A stretch of DNA of 64,000 nucleotides, taken from Vicugna vicugna (Eukaryota). Positions 37,948 to 51,879 of the stretch are shown in pieces. The DNA is taken from NCBI GenBank assembly GCA_013265495.1, contig MU058423.1:943061-1007060 (forward strand), written 5' to 3'. Each line of letters begins with the position of its first letter. Position 1 is the stretch's first letter. The notes under the pieces are model-generated. The model ran no database searches. It saw nothing but the letters and a program-made list of their open reading frames with translations, and had not been told where the DNA came from. The position numbers and the translations under genes were made by a program.

Positions 37948-38221
37948 CAGTGTTTCCACTGGGCGTGCTCAAGAAGACATCAGGCGATACTCAGATGAAA
38001 AACTTTTAGTTTAAGGTAGATAGATGACATATAGATAGATATAATGTGTGTGTTATCATCTGTTTATGGTAAGTGATATACATTTCATGTAAGTCCATGT
38101 ATAAATACACTTATTTATATAAACAATAGACTGAAGTAGAGTATTAAATAGGAGACGAGGTCATATGTAGATGTGGTGAAATCACGAAGGAAGTCTGAGG
38201 AAGTGTGTTTGGGGAACCCTG
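37948..38221. mobile_element. Possible hAT/Charlie-type MER DNA transposon remnant
   Basis: AT-rich insert in GC-rich DNA bounded by cagtgtttcc... and ...ggggaaccctg (imperfect TIR-like ends); no clear target-site duplication. Confidence 0.35.
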
Positions 38222-39559
38222 AGGGAGAAAAGGAAGCTCTCAGATTCCTAGTTTCCCGACCTACTAAGTGGAGACAACCCCACCTGCCTAGTCAGCCTCC
38301 CAGGGTAATGGCAGGGATCAGATACGGCCGCGTGGAAGACAGGGCGGGGCTACACACATGTGAAGGGTTATCTTTTTATAGTCAGAATCCGAGGCACAGA
38401 AGGTTGATGAAGCTGCCCCTTGTCAAGTGGCCGAGCTCGGCTGGAGCAGGCCAGGGGTCCACAGATAGGGACAGCGTGGGGCTCCTTACACACACCGGGA
38501 GGGGGCCCTGCAGCCGCCCAGCTCTCATCTAGGGAGAAGCCAGGGGCTGGTGTAAACTGCCGCAGGAGAGACTAAAGTGTGACAGGGAGAAGATTGTTAG
38601 AATGAGACATTTGGAGGCCCAGCAGATGCTGGGGGTGGGAGATGGACTGTGGGTGGCGTGGATGCGAGGGTGGTGTGACTTTTCCCAGGAAGGGTTCCCA
38701 CAGCTGCCTCTGGGATGTGCTTATCATGGGGGTACTGTGTTGGATGATGGAGCGGGCCAGCTCTGTGCCTGAGTGAGTGTGTGTGCACAAGCGTGTGAGT
38801 GTGTGTGAGCAGGAGTGGAGAAAGAGGGAGGTGGCTGTGCAGTCTGCTGCTGCTCAAATGAATCAGAACAAATCAGACCCTCTTATTTTCCTACTGACCC
38901 TCGAGGGCGAGGTGGGTATGACTGGGCCCCAGCCCGAGGCTCTGAGGCTCTGGGAGGCAGGAGAGGCGCTCAGCACCTACAGCCTGGAGATGGGGATTTA
39001 GTGTTACTTTTCAGCTCGGGGTTTTCTCTGATTTGGCCCCTCTCCTCTGCTCCCACCCTGCAGTGCTCTCTCTTCGGCAAGAGAAACCCTGGGATCTGAG
39101 CAGGTCCCACGCTCTGGGGAACACAGCAGCCTGCCCTCTGGCTCTTTCTCCTTGGGTGACATCACTCCTCTGGGGCCGGGCAAGGCAGCTTGCCTCTCCG
39201 TCAGCACCCAGCAGATGCTCCTGCCTCCCACGCCCCCTGCCCTCCCCAATTCCCACACTCGGGCTTCCTTCTTCCTCCTCATCCCTCACAGCTGCCATCT
39301 TGCCCTTCAGTGTCGTCTGGCTGACCGAGCCCGGGAGTCCAGCCGGCCAGTGCGCAGGAGGATGCAGAGGCTTCCCTTTCCTTTGCTCTCCTTCCTCCAT
39401 GTGGGCTCAGGGTGGGGGTCGGGGTGGGCAGAAAAGACAGGACGGAGATGCTGCTCCTTCCTCAGACCAGATAGATGGACGGAATCCTATCACTACTGTG
39501 TGTGAAGGGTCACTGAAGAAGAAATGTTCTGGAAGTTCTTAGTAACCTCCCTCTAGGCC

Positions 39560-39760
39560 GTATATAAGCACACATGACTCATCTAATCTGTCCAAAGCTG
39601 GACCAGGCCGGAACTCTTATTCCCATTTTAAAGAATGGAGAAATTTAAAAACAGAATTTGAATAACCTGCCCAGATCACACAGCTATAAGGTGGCAGAAT
39701 GGGGATTTGAACCCTGTTCCATTTGTCTCCAGAACCCAGATCTTAACCAATACAGACTAT
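39560..39760 (-). mobile_element. MIR fragment
   Basis: attcccattttaaagaatggagaaa...cctgcccagatcacacagct...gtggcagaatggggatttgaaccc. Confidence 0.75.
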
Positions 39761-41709
39761 CATTTTCCATAGGAGTGTAATTTCAGCTCCTATTTACTTA
39801 AATGGGGCCTCTGTTTTATGGGCGGCCCTGAATTCATACATACCCACACATTCATTCTCACTGGGAAAAGGTACAAAATGTCAGCATTATTTCTTAAGGA
39901 TTTTTCCAAACTGGAAGAGATTGAATGGGGTCATTTCATTCCTCCCACTGCCTCTGACCTGGACTGTGTTCAGCCTTCTGGAAGGAAGCCTGCAGGCTCT
40001 GACTCTGTGCCTCTTGGTGAAACGAAACCTGGAGAAATGCCCCTGACTCTTTCTCCCTGGGTAGCGACTTACTGTCTGAGGGCAGCCAGCAGCCTGGGGG
40101 GTGATCTGGGGTACTCAGTGGTACTCAGTGTATGTTTCATGGATATGAGTGCAAAGGTGCTGGCTGGGCTCTGGGGCAACAAAGATGTGTAGCTCTCAGT
40201 CCCTGCCCTCAAGTGGTAGAGGTGTAATGAATGTTTCATGAGTGACCCAGCACTTAACCCAGCACTTTCACGCACAGAGGAGCTGGGGCGGGTCTGTGAG
40301 TAGCAGGACGCAGGGAAGAGCGCTTTAAGTTTCAGAGAAGAGGTTCTGACGGGAGTGTGGGGCGTGTGTACGGGAGTAGAATATGCTTCTGAGGGGCGAG
40401 TAGCAGGGTCGGAGGTGTGTGTTGGGAGGACTGATCTGGTGGTTGGAAGCCCTGCGAGGGGGGTTCTGCAGCATTCCAGGGGATAGAAAGGCAGATGTGC
40501 GGCCTCTGGGAACAGGAGCAGGGGTTGTGGGGTGGAAAAGCCAAAAACGACTCTGAGGTTCCAGGTTAGGGTGAACAGGCAAGTGGTAGGAGGGAGGGGG
40601 CAGTCAGAGAAGCAGTTTGCTGGGAAGGGACTTTGAGGAGTTCGGTTTGGGGCTTGGAGTCTCCTGACTCTGCTCTGGGTTTTCCAGCTGTGGCTCAGCT
40701 GCCTCTGGAAGAAGGGGTCAGGAAGGTGGAAGCCAAAGAGATCAGAGCACGGGGCCAGCAGCACGTACGGCCACCCCACAACAAGCCATGCCTCCTGCCC
40801 GGCAGCCTGGCAGATCCCAGGCCATCAGGCCCCGAGCCGCCGCTCCTCCTTGCCCTGTCTCAGGGAAGGTACAGAGTGTGGGCCATTCTACACTCAACAG
40901 AGGCCTCCTTGCCTTCACAACTGTCAGCCTCCACTGTCTGTTAGCACTGCGGGCTCAGGAGAGCCTGCCCCTCCTGCCCCCACCCATGCCAGAGTTGGCA
41001 GGGAGGGTCTGACCCTGAAGTCTGAGAGGGTCAGCTGCCAGTGCCGCCCTGCAGGGCCTCTGTGCCTGCCCTCCCAGTCCTCCACCCCATGGGCTTAGCT
41101 CTGTGCATGAGGACATGGCTGGGAGGTAATATGATCCCTGTGGGTCTCTGGGGGGCTTAAGAAACAGATGGTCCCCTCGCACGAAGTTTGCTGCTGGTAA
41201 CATGAGTAGGTCTGGGTAGGGAGCTGGTGGGACCAGGGCAGCTTGGGCCTGGGGAAAGGAACCCGTGACTCATGAATGTTATCAGATGAAGCATCCCCTG
41301 CCCAGTCTCCAAACTCGGCCCTCACCCAAGTCAGTCTCTCAGCCCCTTCCAGCTGGCACGTGGGACTTGGGCCTGAGACACCCACAAAGGGCCTGGGGAA
41401 CTGGCCCCCAGTGTCCCTGCTCTGGGCCAGGGCAACAGAGCCAATTGGACCGAGAAGGCAGGAAGAGCACTGGAGCCAAGTCTGAGAGCAGCTGAGAGAG
41501 GACAGGTGTTTGGAAGGAAGAGAAGGGCAGGGCAGAGCTGGGCAGGGACCCCTGCAAACAGGGGCTTCCTGGCCTCCCTATCTCTCTTCTAACCAGCCAG
41601 ATGTGAGCAGCAGTGACAGGAGACCCCAGGCCTATCCTTTCTCTCGGGCAATCCGAGTTCCTCCTCTTCCCGTAAGTCCCTCTCAACCCTCCTCCATGGA
41701 CCAGCCACC

Positions 41710-42262
41710 CTGAGGCATGGCTTGTTGTTAGGGCTCCAACATGCGGAGTGAGATGTCCTGTGTTTGAATCCCAGCGACATGAGCAGTGTGACCTGAGGCC
41801 TGTCACTTCCCCCCACCACGGTTACTCGTCTATTAAAATGAGAAGAGTAACAGCAACCTCCTAAGGTTTACATAAAGATGAAATGAGATGAGGTGCCTAG
41901 GACACATAGCTCCGTTCCTGTTACACAGCAGCTGCTCACCAATTGTTATTGCTACCATCATCATCACCTCAGGAAGGCTCGGGAGAAGAAGAGGGCTCAG
42001 GCACAAAAAGGGATACAGCTGGCCCCCGCAGCTTTGTGTACCCTCAAACTGATCTCAGCCCCACCTCTTACTATCTGTGTAAGCTTAAGCAAGATACTTA
42101 CGTGCCTCAGTTCCCTCATCTGTAAAATAGGAACAGTGATAGTCACTACCTCATGGAGTAGTTGGGGAGGTTAAATAGAGATTTATTTATACATATGCAA
42201 ACACACACACACGTAGCTTAGGACAGTGCCTGCCTTAGCAAGTTAGCTGCCGTTAATATTAT
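41710..42262 (+). mobile_element. Two MIR fragments just upstream of INKA2 exon 2
   Basis: gtttgaatcccagc...gtgtgacctgaggcc...ctattaaaatgag; tgcctcagttccctcatctgtaaaataggaacagtgatag...acctcatgg. Confidence 0.75.
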
Positions 42263-42365
42263 TTCCTTTATTCAGCCATATCACTGTTAAAATTCCCCCT
42301 CTCCCAGCTCTGATGTGCACTGGACCCGGCTGGACAGAGGTGGGGTCGGTGGCAGGCTGCAGTGA

Positions 42366-43277
<912 letters not shown>

Positions 43278-43518
43278 ATCCTAGAGACAGAAATTTGACT
43301 GAACCCCAAAGGGCCAGGTCCCAATGCTGGGCCCCTGGGAAAGAGGTCGGGCAGGTGGTGTGGCTTTTAAAAGCCTAACTCCAAGTCCCCTCCCCCCAGA
43401 AAGGAGGGAGAAGCAAGAGGGTCTGGAGCAGGCCTGGCAGGTGTGTAGCTAGGAGAGACTGTGGCTGGGGCTGGCTGGTGGGGGAGGTGAGAGTTCCTGG
43501 ACAGAGAGGAGAGAGAGA

Positions 43519-43520
<2 letters not shown>

Positions 43521-43572
<52 letters not shown>
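43521..43572. repeat. (GT)26 microsatellite preceded by a short (GA)n, in the INKA2 3'UTR
   Basis: Read directly from the sequence. Confidence 0.98.
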
Positions 43573-43577
<5 letters not shown>

Positions 43578-43733
43578 TGCTGCTCACTTTGGGGCTGGTG
43601 GTGACAGCAGGGGAGGGGCAGGGGAGGAGACCAGGACATCCTTCTGACATTCCTTCGCTGTCCCCAAAGACTTCAGTTGCACATTCTGTGTGGATTAGGG
43701 CACTGGGGCCTCAGGTTTGCCAGATATGCCCCC

Positions 43734-43739
43734 AATAAA
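43734..43739 (+). terminator. INKA2 proximal polyadenylation signal AATAAA
   Basis: About 460 nt after the stop, with GU/U-rich sequence downstream (ctgtttgcttccttg). Confidence 0.65.
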
Positions 43740-44299
43740 GACCTTGTCTCTTGTGTCCCCAACCTTATAACTGTTTGCTTCCTTGCAAAGCACTGCCCCA
43801 GGCGCAGGTATTACAGCCCAGCCTTCCTGGGAGTGGGAGCAGCAGAGGCAAATTCTACCCTCACCTTATCCTGTTGCCTTTGAGATTTCAGCCCATCTCT
43901 GGACCCTGAGAAATGGCTGAATAAGGAGTGAGTGCAAGGAGAGCTTGGGGAAGCCCCAGGCCTTTCTAAAAGCACAGGAAAGGAAAGCTACCATTTGTAT
44001 TAAACGTTTGAAAGCCTTGCCATATCTATTATCTCCTTTTTAAGTGTAAATTAGTCCCATTTTCCAGATGAGGCAGCAAGCCTGGATGTGCTCCTGTCCA
44101 CCAACATGCCATGGACAGGGATGACTGAAGAGCAAGGCCGAGCCCTGGAACCACACACACTCCTTCCCCGACACCAGGTCCCCAGCACAGAACCCCACCC
44201 AGGGCACAGCAATGCGTCAATTAACCAGTGAGGTGAAGGGTGGCCGAAAAGAAATACACATTCATTTTTAAATTCCTAGCTCCGTTCTGCAACAAGCAG

Positions 44300-44625
44300 A
44301 GCCCTCGGCCTCGTCTTGCCACCTCAACCAGTACAATCCGGGGTGGAGGGGGCAGCAGCTCAGCTCCAGCACCCGCGGCTGCACCTAAAGCTTCCCTAAA
44401 GCCGCGCTGGGCACGTGGCCCAGAGAGCGACGCCCGCGCCCCCGCCCCCGGGGAGCTGCGGCCCCGCCCACTTCGGCTGGGAACGCCCACTGGCTGGGAA
44501 AAAACAATGTGGGTGCCTGTTTGCGCCCAGCCAGCCCGGGAGGGCAGTCCCTCTCTCCTCCTTCGCCTCCTCCTGGCTTAGCTCCCCTCTGCCTAATAGG
44601 GGGTGACAGCTGTAATTAGAGGCAA
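44300..44625. promoter_or_regulatory. Small orphan CpG-rich element (candidate enhancer)
   Basis: CpG cluster with GC boxes, CACGTG, 2x CTGGGAA, AACAAT and TGACAGCTGTAATTAG. Confidence 0.55.
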
Positions 44626-45654
44626 GACGCCTTCCTGCCCTCAGAGTATTTAATAGCAAATTGGAGAGGAAAAGTAACCAGAAAGGCTCTTCCTGCATCC
44701 TGGACCCCCAGGGGCAGAAATGGGGGTGAGGGGGCTTAGGCTGAGCAGCCCCACAACTCCGGTTGGGAGGTGCTTAGGGTCACTCTGAAATTCCCACACA
44801 GTCAAATTGTAGGTGTTAAGTTTTTGGTGGTGGAAGCTACAAAAGAAAAGCTGCTTAATTTTTTTTTTTTTGAACGCTAGCTGTTTGCCAGACAGTATGC
44901 ACAACGTATCTTTCAAACTTCAGAAGGACCCTAGAAGGTATTGTAAATACCTGGTAATTCAATGGAGGCTCTTTGGGGTCATGCAGGCTGCCCATATCAG
45001 GCTACTAGCAAATGAAAGAACCAAGATTTAAAACAGAGGGATGTCTGGCTCCAAAGCCCCTGTCCTTTCCTCTCTTCTCCCTGGAGTTTGCCAACTGAGC
45101 AAGCGGTTTCTGGAGGAGCAAGCTCCTGCCTGTCCTCTGGGTCTCCCCACAGAACTCTGAAACTTCAGTCCTGAGTGGAGATCCATTGGCTGTGGCTGCC
45201 TTGGGTGGGGGCGGTGATGTGTGCGTGCCCGCATGTGTAGAACGTGTGCGTGTGAGGGGTCCACCTACAGATTCACTGAGTCCCGAGAAAAGGGAGCCAT
45301 GGGCTGCTGGGTGGTGGAAAAGCTATCCAGCAATTATTCAAGAAGGTGCTAGCTCCGAATTGGAAATGATTCTACCGGACACCAAGTCACCTCTCAGCCA
45401 TTCATCTGTGACACATCTGTTTTGTGGATTCAGACCAAGTCAGCAAAACTTTATGAACACCTCCCAGTGCCAGACAGTGCGATGGGAACTAAGGACAGAG
45501 CAATGACAAGGACCCGGTTCCTGACTCAAGGGGTCCAGGAAGAAGAAAGAAACAACTCTTAACCCATTGGGTCACCAGAGGGATCTGAGGGAATGAAAAC
45601 TCAATTTACCTTGGGCCAGAACGAAACCATCAGTGACATTTGCTGCCACGAAAT

Positions 45655-45845
45655 TCACAGGTGTTGGGCACTGTCATCTTCGTGTTCTTATTTCCTTCTC
45701 CCACATCCTGTAAGTGGCTGCTGTTACCCTTATTTTACATGGAGAGGCTCAGAGAAGTTAAGCAGCTTGCCCAGGGTCCCAGTGCCAGAGCTGGGATTGA
45801 ATCAGTTCCAACTGACTTGCAGGCTTGCGCTTTTCACACTGCCCC
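45655..45845 (-). mobile_element. MIR fragment
   Basis: cccttattttacatggagaggctcagagaagttaagcagcttgcccagggtccc...gagctgggattgaatc. Confidence 0.7.
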
Positions 45846-46769
45846 GCAGACCGTCCACATCTATGCCGAAGCCAGGTCAAGAGGAACAACAACAAAACCC
45901 ATCCTCCCCGCATTAGCCACGCACGGAGAACACACGGAATGCCGGCTGCCGTGGTGGAGTTCTGTCCGGGTCTTGAAGGGCTGATGTAGCGCCCTGCCCC
46001 TTGTCACGCTATACTAGTGAAAGGTTAGGGCCAATCTGTTTGCCCCCTGCCCGCCCCATTATCTTTCTTTTCCTTCCCTTCTGGGCTCCTGCCAGGACAA
46101 TGATGAAGACTATATTTTACAGAAGCCGAAGGAAGAGGTGAAGGGGAAGTCCTGGGGCATAAGTGACTCAGGAGTGGAGGGGTGGGGAGCCCTCTGTGAG
46201 GGGAGGTAACGGAAGGAAGCAGAGAGAAACTGACAGCTTAATGCCGCCCCTGGGGCTCATCTGATGGTTAATTAGGACATGCAGATAAGCTGGAAGCTCA
46301 TTTAATACCCTCACTGGCATGGGGCCCCTGCTCACACCTGGCCACTTCTGTGGCAGGTACAGGGGTCCACTGATTGGCTCGGGCACCTGCTCAGGGCCTC
46401 ACCTGCTTCTTTGTGGCCCTGGGGCCAGAATGTGTCTAGAGATGATCCCTGACCACAAGCAGGAGCTGGAGGAGTCCCTGCTGGGCGTGGTGGGGTTTGG
46501 GGGTGCCGCCTGGTGTCCTTCCTTTCTCTTCCCATCCCTTCAGCCCTAGGATCCCTCTTCCCCAGAGGGCCCTCTCCCTCAAGCATTTCCCCCTGCACCC
46601 ACCCCTCTGGTTGGGTTGAGATCTGAACTCAAGCTTGTCCTGAGGACTAGAGACCTGATTCAGCTCTGTCCCTACCCCAAGCCCCTGTTCCCCAGGGCCT
46701 GTCTCTGGCTTTTGGTTTCCCGCAGGTGACTTCCCCAGCCAGGCCAGTTCTGGTACTTCTGCCAGAGAT

Positions 46770-46925
46770 CTTGCAAGAGCACTGGATTTGGAGTCAAACA
46801 GGATACGAGACCCATTTCCGTCATCACTGAGTCAGCCCGAGTGGGTTGCTGGACCTCCCTGAGCCTCATTGTTCTGAGCTGTGAAATGGCGAGAATGCTG
46901 TGAAACTGGGAGATGTGAAGGACAG
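46770..46925 (+). mobile_element. MIR fragment
   Basis: aagagcactggatttggagtcaaacag...acctccctgagcctcattgttctgagctgtgaaatgg. Confidence 0.65.
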
Positions 46926-49900
46926 GAGGACTTCGGTCCCCAGCTGGCACAAGCCCTGTCTATCTCAATCACCTGACCTTCACCTCAGCCACTAACCACA
47001 TGTCCCAGGGCCAAACACTGAAAGATAAAAAACCGCTTTCTCTGAGCCTTGGTCTCTTCCTCTGTTCCTATTACCTCAGGACTGTAGCAAGGATCAGAGA
47101 AGACAATAAAAGTGGACACGTGTTTGTGCACTGTAAAGACATCACCCCAACGGGCTATTTGCCAAGCAGCGAACAGTACGCTTTTCCGTGAAAGGATGAT
47201 GTGCGTGTGTGTGTTTGTGTGATGGGGGCTGGGAAGGGCAGCAGCATAGGCTGAGCTCAGAAACGGTGCCTGAAGACCCCCCACTGCCTGAGGATGTGCC
47301 CCAGGGAACACTCCCATCCCCTCCAGCACCCCGCCCTCCCTCACAGTCAACCCTCAGGGTCCTCGAGTTCCTGGCAGGGACTAGAGAGCTGAATGAGCCG
47401 AGTTCTGATGGTTTTGAGAAGAGTCAGGCCCTGTCTGCTCTCTCTCTGCTCTGTAAGGCCTTAGTTGCTAGAGTCCCTGCCAGGCCCCTTCTCTCCTTCC
47501 CTCCCTCCCCCAGCCTCCCCGGAGGGCAATGGCCTAAAGGTGCTTGTGGCTGTTCTCCAAGAATCCACTCCCTCTGGATGGGGTGGGAGGGAGGCCTCCC
47601 TGAATCCTGACCCTCATGAGAGGTCTCGGGGCTCAGGCTGTTGCCACCAGGGGAAGGGCGATGGCCTAGAAGGGCCTAGCAGACCCTGGGGGGACAGAAC
47701 AGAGGCATAAGGACCTTAGACTGCAGTCACCTCCTTTGTACTACTGTTAGGATGCTCCCTGCCTCCCCTTTGCCTCCTCTACTTGACCCTTACATAGAAT
47801 GATGAAACCTCTTTCCGAGATTCCCTCTGAATTTGACAGAGGACTTACTTCCTGCTTCTCTCTCTGTGCCCTTCGATCGGTCCCGACATACTCTACCCAC
47901 CACCTCCAACCCCCAGATATACGCCCCCAAATCCTAGCACACACACCAACACACACATGCATGCAAGGGCATCACAGTGAAGTCAGCCTTGCCAACGTTC
48001 CTAAAACGAAGTCCACATCCTTGTTCCCAACTGGGGCCCTCTTTCTTCCTGCCCCTCCAAGTGTCCCCACCCCAACTCCCACCCCCACTGCCCCATGAAG
48101 GCATCTCTATGTCCCAGTCAGGGAGAGGCCTCTATGGAACAAGAAGGGAGGGAGCCTTTCTCGGGCGCCTATGCCTCAGCACAGTGCTTGGGTAAAGAAT
48201 CATGGGACAAAGGGCCAAGACTTCACCTTGCACTTCGTCTTTTCCCTGCACCTTGGCCAGGCCGGGCCCTGAGTGGAGGAGGGAGCAGGATCTCTGACTG
48301 TACACCAGGCCTCTGGCCACAGCTGCCACCCTCTCAGGCTTCCACTTCACAGAATCCATTCTCCACACGCCCCTCCAGGCCTGTCCCTCAAGGTGACCAC
48401 CCTGTTCCAGGGACATAGGGATCGCTGCCAAAAATGACCTCCTGCGTGCCCTGCACCCCCACCATCTCTGACCACGACCCAGCTCTGGGCTCTCCGCCCA
48501 GCCCTCCGGTCCTCTCCAGAGAGATGCCCGCTAGTTTCCTCTAACTGGCTGAGGAGGGGTGGCTCAGGCACAGCAGATGCCCGGACACCCGGTCTGAGGC
48601 TGCCTCACGTCTCTGGGGTGTGGGTTTGCAGGGAACATGTCCCCATCCAAGGGAAGAATCAGGTTTTGTTTTCTTGTTTCCCCCGCTCTGCACCTGTTAC
48701 TCCCCCTGGCTGCCTTCCCCTCCTCCTGTGCCTCTCCCTCAGCCCCTTCGTCATGTCCTCCTGCTGATGGGAGCCCCGAGCAGCAGCTGCGAGGAAATGC
48801 TGCCCAGGCTCTGGGAGGACAGAGGAGGTGAAGGGAGTGTCTTGGAGACCCCACGACTTCCTCCTCATCTGGCCAGTCTTCTGTGGGTGTCCAGAGGCCC
48901 AGCTCTGCCCAGCAGACCCCAACAGACTCGCTCAGCCTTGTTTCTGGACACTTCTCACCCGCAACTTGACCCTCCAGGGAGATGAGCACTTTGAGTGCCC
49001 CAAGCTCGGGTTTTTTATGCGTCTGGGTATTTGCATTGCTGTTTCCCCACCGCCTCAGACCGGGTGACTTTTTACTCATCTTCCACTCTACACTTCAAAG
49101 GGCATCTCCTCTGCCACGCCTTCCCCAGAGGCTTTATCTGTGCCTGTACCCAGCTACAGGACTCATTTCGTAAGTCACTCTAGGTTGTGAGCCCCTCCAG
49201 GGAAGCAACCCCTCCTCCCTTTCCTGTATCCCCAGCGCTGCGCACAGGGCCCTCCATGTGAGCTCCACTCCTCAGAGCCAGCCCTCAGCTGAGCCTGCCT
49301 CCTGCAGCTCCTGTTTTAGGTACCACCTGCAGCCAAGGCCCCCTCAGCCGCCTCCCAAGGCCCACTTTTCTCTCCCCTCTTCAGTCCGCCCCCCAGAGAG
49401 GGCAGCTGTGGCCAGTGTCACTCCATCCCGAGCCCCCTCTCCAAGCTGCCGTGCAGTGCAGTGCTGTCTGCTTCGGTTTCTCCTCCCTGGTCTCCCGGAC
49501 CCGGACCAATCCTATTCTGATGCAGGCTGTCCGGGAGTCTTGGTCCTCACCCCTCCCTGGCAGGTTGGCACCTGGATGCCTTGGAGCTCAGGCCCCGCCC
49601 ACGACCACAGCCACTTCTCTCCCATGGCTGCTCAAACCCTGCGGATCCCAATTGCCACCCTGGAGGACATCACTTCTACCCTAGCCTCCAAGTTTTCTCC
49701 TTTCCTTCTTGCTCCCTCTCCACAGGTCATCCTGACCTGGCTCATCTCCTTGTCCTGTGTGGCCATCACATCTGGCCCCAGACTTAACCTGCCCCAGGAG
49801 ATTTTCTTACCCAGCTCTGCCAGGGATCCCCACCCGCACCGGGGACATCGAGTCTGCTCGATTCTCCTTCCCCCATTGTGATTATGGAGGGTCAGGGTGG

Positions 49901-51879
49901 GGCAGGGGGGAAGGAAGTTGAGAGGTGGGTGTTCAGCGCCTTCCCTACCTCCAGCCCCACTCCTGGCCGCACTCCAGGCATTGTCTCCCGGGGGCTGAGC
50001 CGCCAGCGAGGCAGCGAGCGTATCAGCCATTTGTGTAGAAGTGGTGGGAAACGGGAGGGTGTCAGGCATACTTTTTTTTCCTTTCAATAAAAAAAATTTT
50101 TAAAGAAAAAAGAAGCAACAGAGGTTTCTCCAAATGGTGTAAGGACAGCAACTGAAATCACGGCATAGACTGTGCTCCCTGAGCATAGGTGCTAAGGCTA
50201 GTAACTTGCCCCGATGGCCTCTGAGTAGTCACTCAAAGCCTCCCACATGCACTGCCCAGGGACTGGCCTGGGGCGCTTGGTCCTTATCATAGGACAGACC
50301 GACTTAAGCAGGTGTTAGAATCTCTCATCTGAGGCTCCAAGCACCTGTCCAAACAAGTCAATTTACATCCCAGAAAATAAAGTTAGGTAATGCATCAGCG
50401 ATTTCAAGGGCCCAAAGATTTCCAAAGCTTCTGGTCTTGGCTTCAGGACTCTTCTGGGACTTAGGGATCAAATGTCTTCTCCATTAAATGTATCCCCTCC
50501 CAGGGAAGGCAAGCAGGGCCCGGTGCCTAGTCCCAGAGTTACAAGTCCCCTTTCCTTAAGGGGACTGCATCTTTAGCACCCCCTTAATCCTGGTGGCTCC
50601 TTCCGACTCCCCAGTCTGTCCAACTGGAGAGACAGTAGGGATGCGAAGGGCAAGGCAGACGGTGGGCTACAGAAGTAAGGCATGTGTCTTTGCTTTCACC
50701 TGTAAGGGAAGGCCTGAATGACGAGGTCTTGGCAGGAAAGGTGGCACCTACTGAAAAGGGGTGGATTAAGGAAAAGAGCCTCCTCAGTCGAAATGGGAGA
50801 TCCCCAGGGAACGTAAGGGCTAGAAGGATCAGAAGGGCTGCTGTGTCCTGCTGTCAAGTAACAGAAAACTTGGGAGGGCGTGAGGTACCTACCGCATGCC
50901 CCACAGGTACCCAAAGGTCTGAGGGGAGCAGAACCATGTCAAGGGAAGCAGAGGAGTACAGAGTAAATAAGGGAGACTTCTCTCTTGAGTCCTAACATCT
51001 CTGAGTGCCCAAGTGTTACCGCTGCTTCCCTTCTAAACCGAGCTTTTGTTTGAGAATGATCACAACCATCATTGTCACTAAAGAGGGACAATGAAGTGAG
51101 AAATAAAGACTGAGAAGAGCACTAGAATCCATGGGGAGTAACCTTACAACACCGTAATTTTCATCCTTATCAATTCTGAAATCTCCCCTTCCCTGCCCTC
51201 TCCAGGCCTCACTCAGGTGATGCTACGCGCTTGTTCCTTGCCTAAACCTACTGGACCACTGACTCCTTGTTTCAAGGGTTGTCATGATAATAGCTCCGGC
51301 CTCTTCCTCCCACATTGACTGGAACTAGATCACTTCTTGTTCCAGTTTCTGCACGTGCCTTTTCCTGAAATCTGCCTGTAACATTCTAACCTGCTCTCAC
51401 CTGTTGAAAATTCCACCTTCTAAAGCCTGGTTCAAATTCCCCTCTCTGAGGCATTTCAGATCGCCCAGAAGGCATGTGTCTCTGCCTCATACTACTGGGC
51501 CCAGAACTTCCTTATGGTACTTTCTGACCTACCGGTTCCTATTCCACATACTGCTTCCCTTCTGCCCCCACACCCGCCCATGCTGGCTGGCTGGGTCAGC
51601 TTCTCCACCTGTACGCCTCCTCAGCGGACAAGGCCCACTAGCTCACGAACACGCAGTTTCACCCATCTCAAGAGTAAGCCACGCTGGACGTCTCCATTGT
51701 TTTTCTTTGTTTTGTCCTGCACCAACTCCAGACACTGTACCCCACCACTCCTCTGACAACCATCAAGGTCACCAGTGACCTCCCTGTTTTCCTTTTTCTC
51801 CTTCATCTCCCAGCCTCATGATGGAGTCCTACTCCGCTCCCTGTTCCTAAGCAGGAAATGTAAATCCCCTGTCCTGACC

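Noticed and set aside
40069..40779. 236-aa minus-strand ORF
   Set aside because: Intronic, overlaps degenerate L2-like sequence, and has low-complexity Pro/Ser/Thr content.
49600..50120. Processed pseudogene suggested by AATAAA plus an A-rich tail
   Set aside because: No recognisable parent gene or target-site duplication; the intron-like acceptor argues for an exon instead (kept as a finding).
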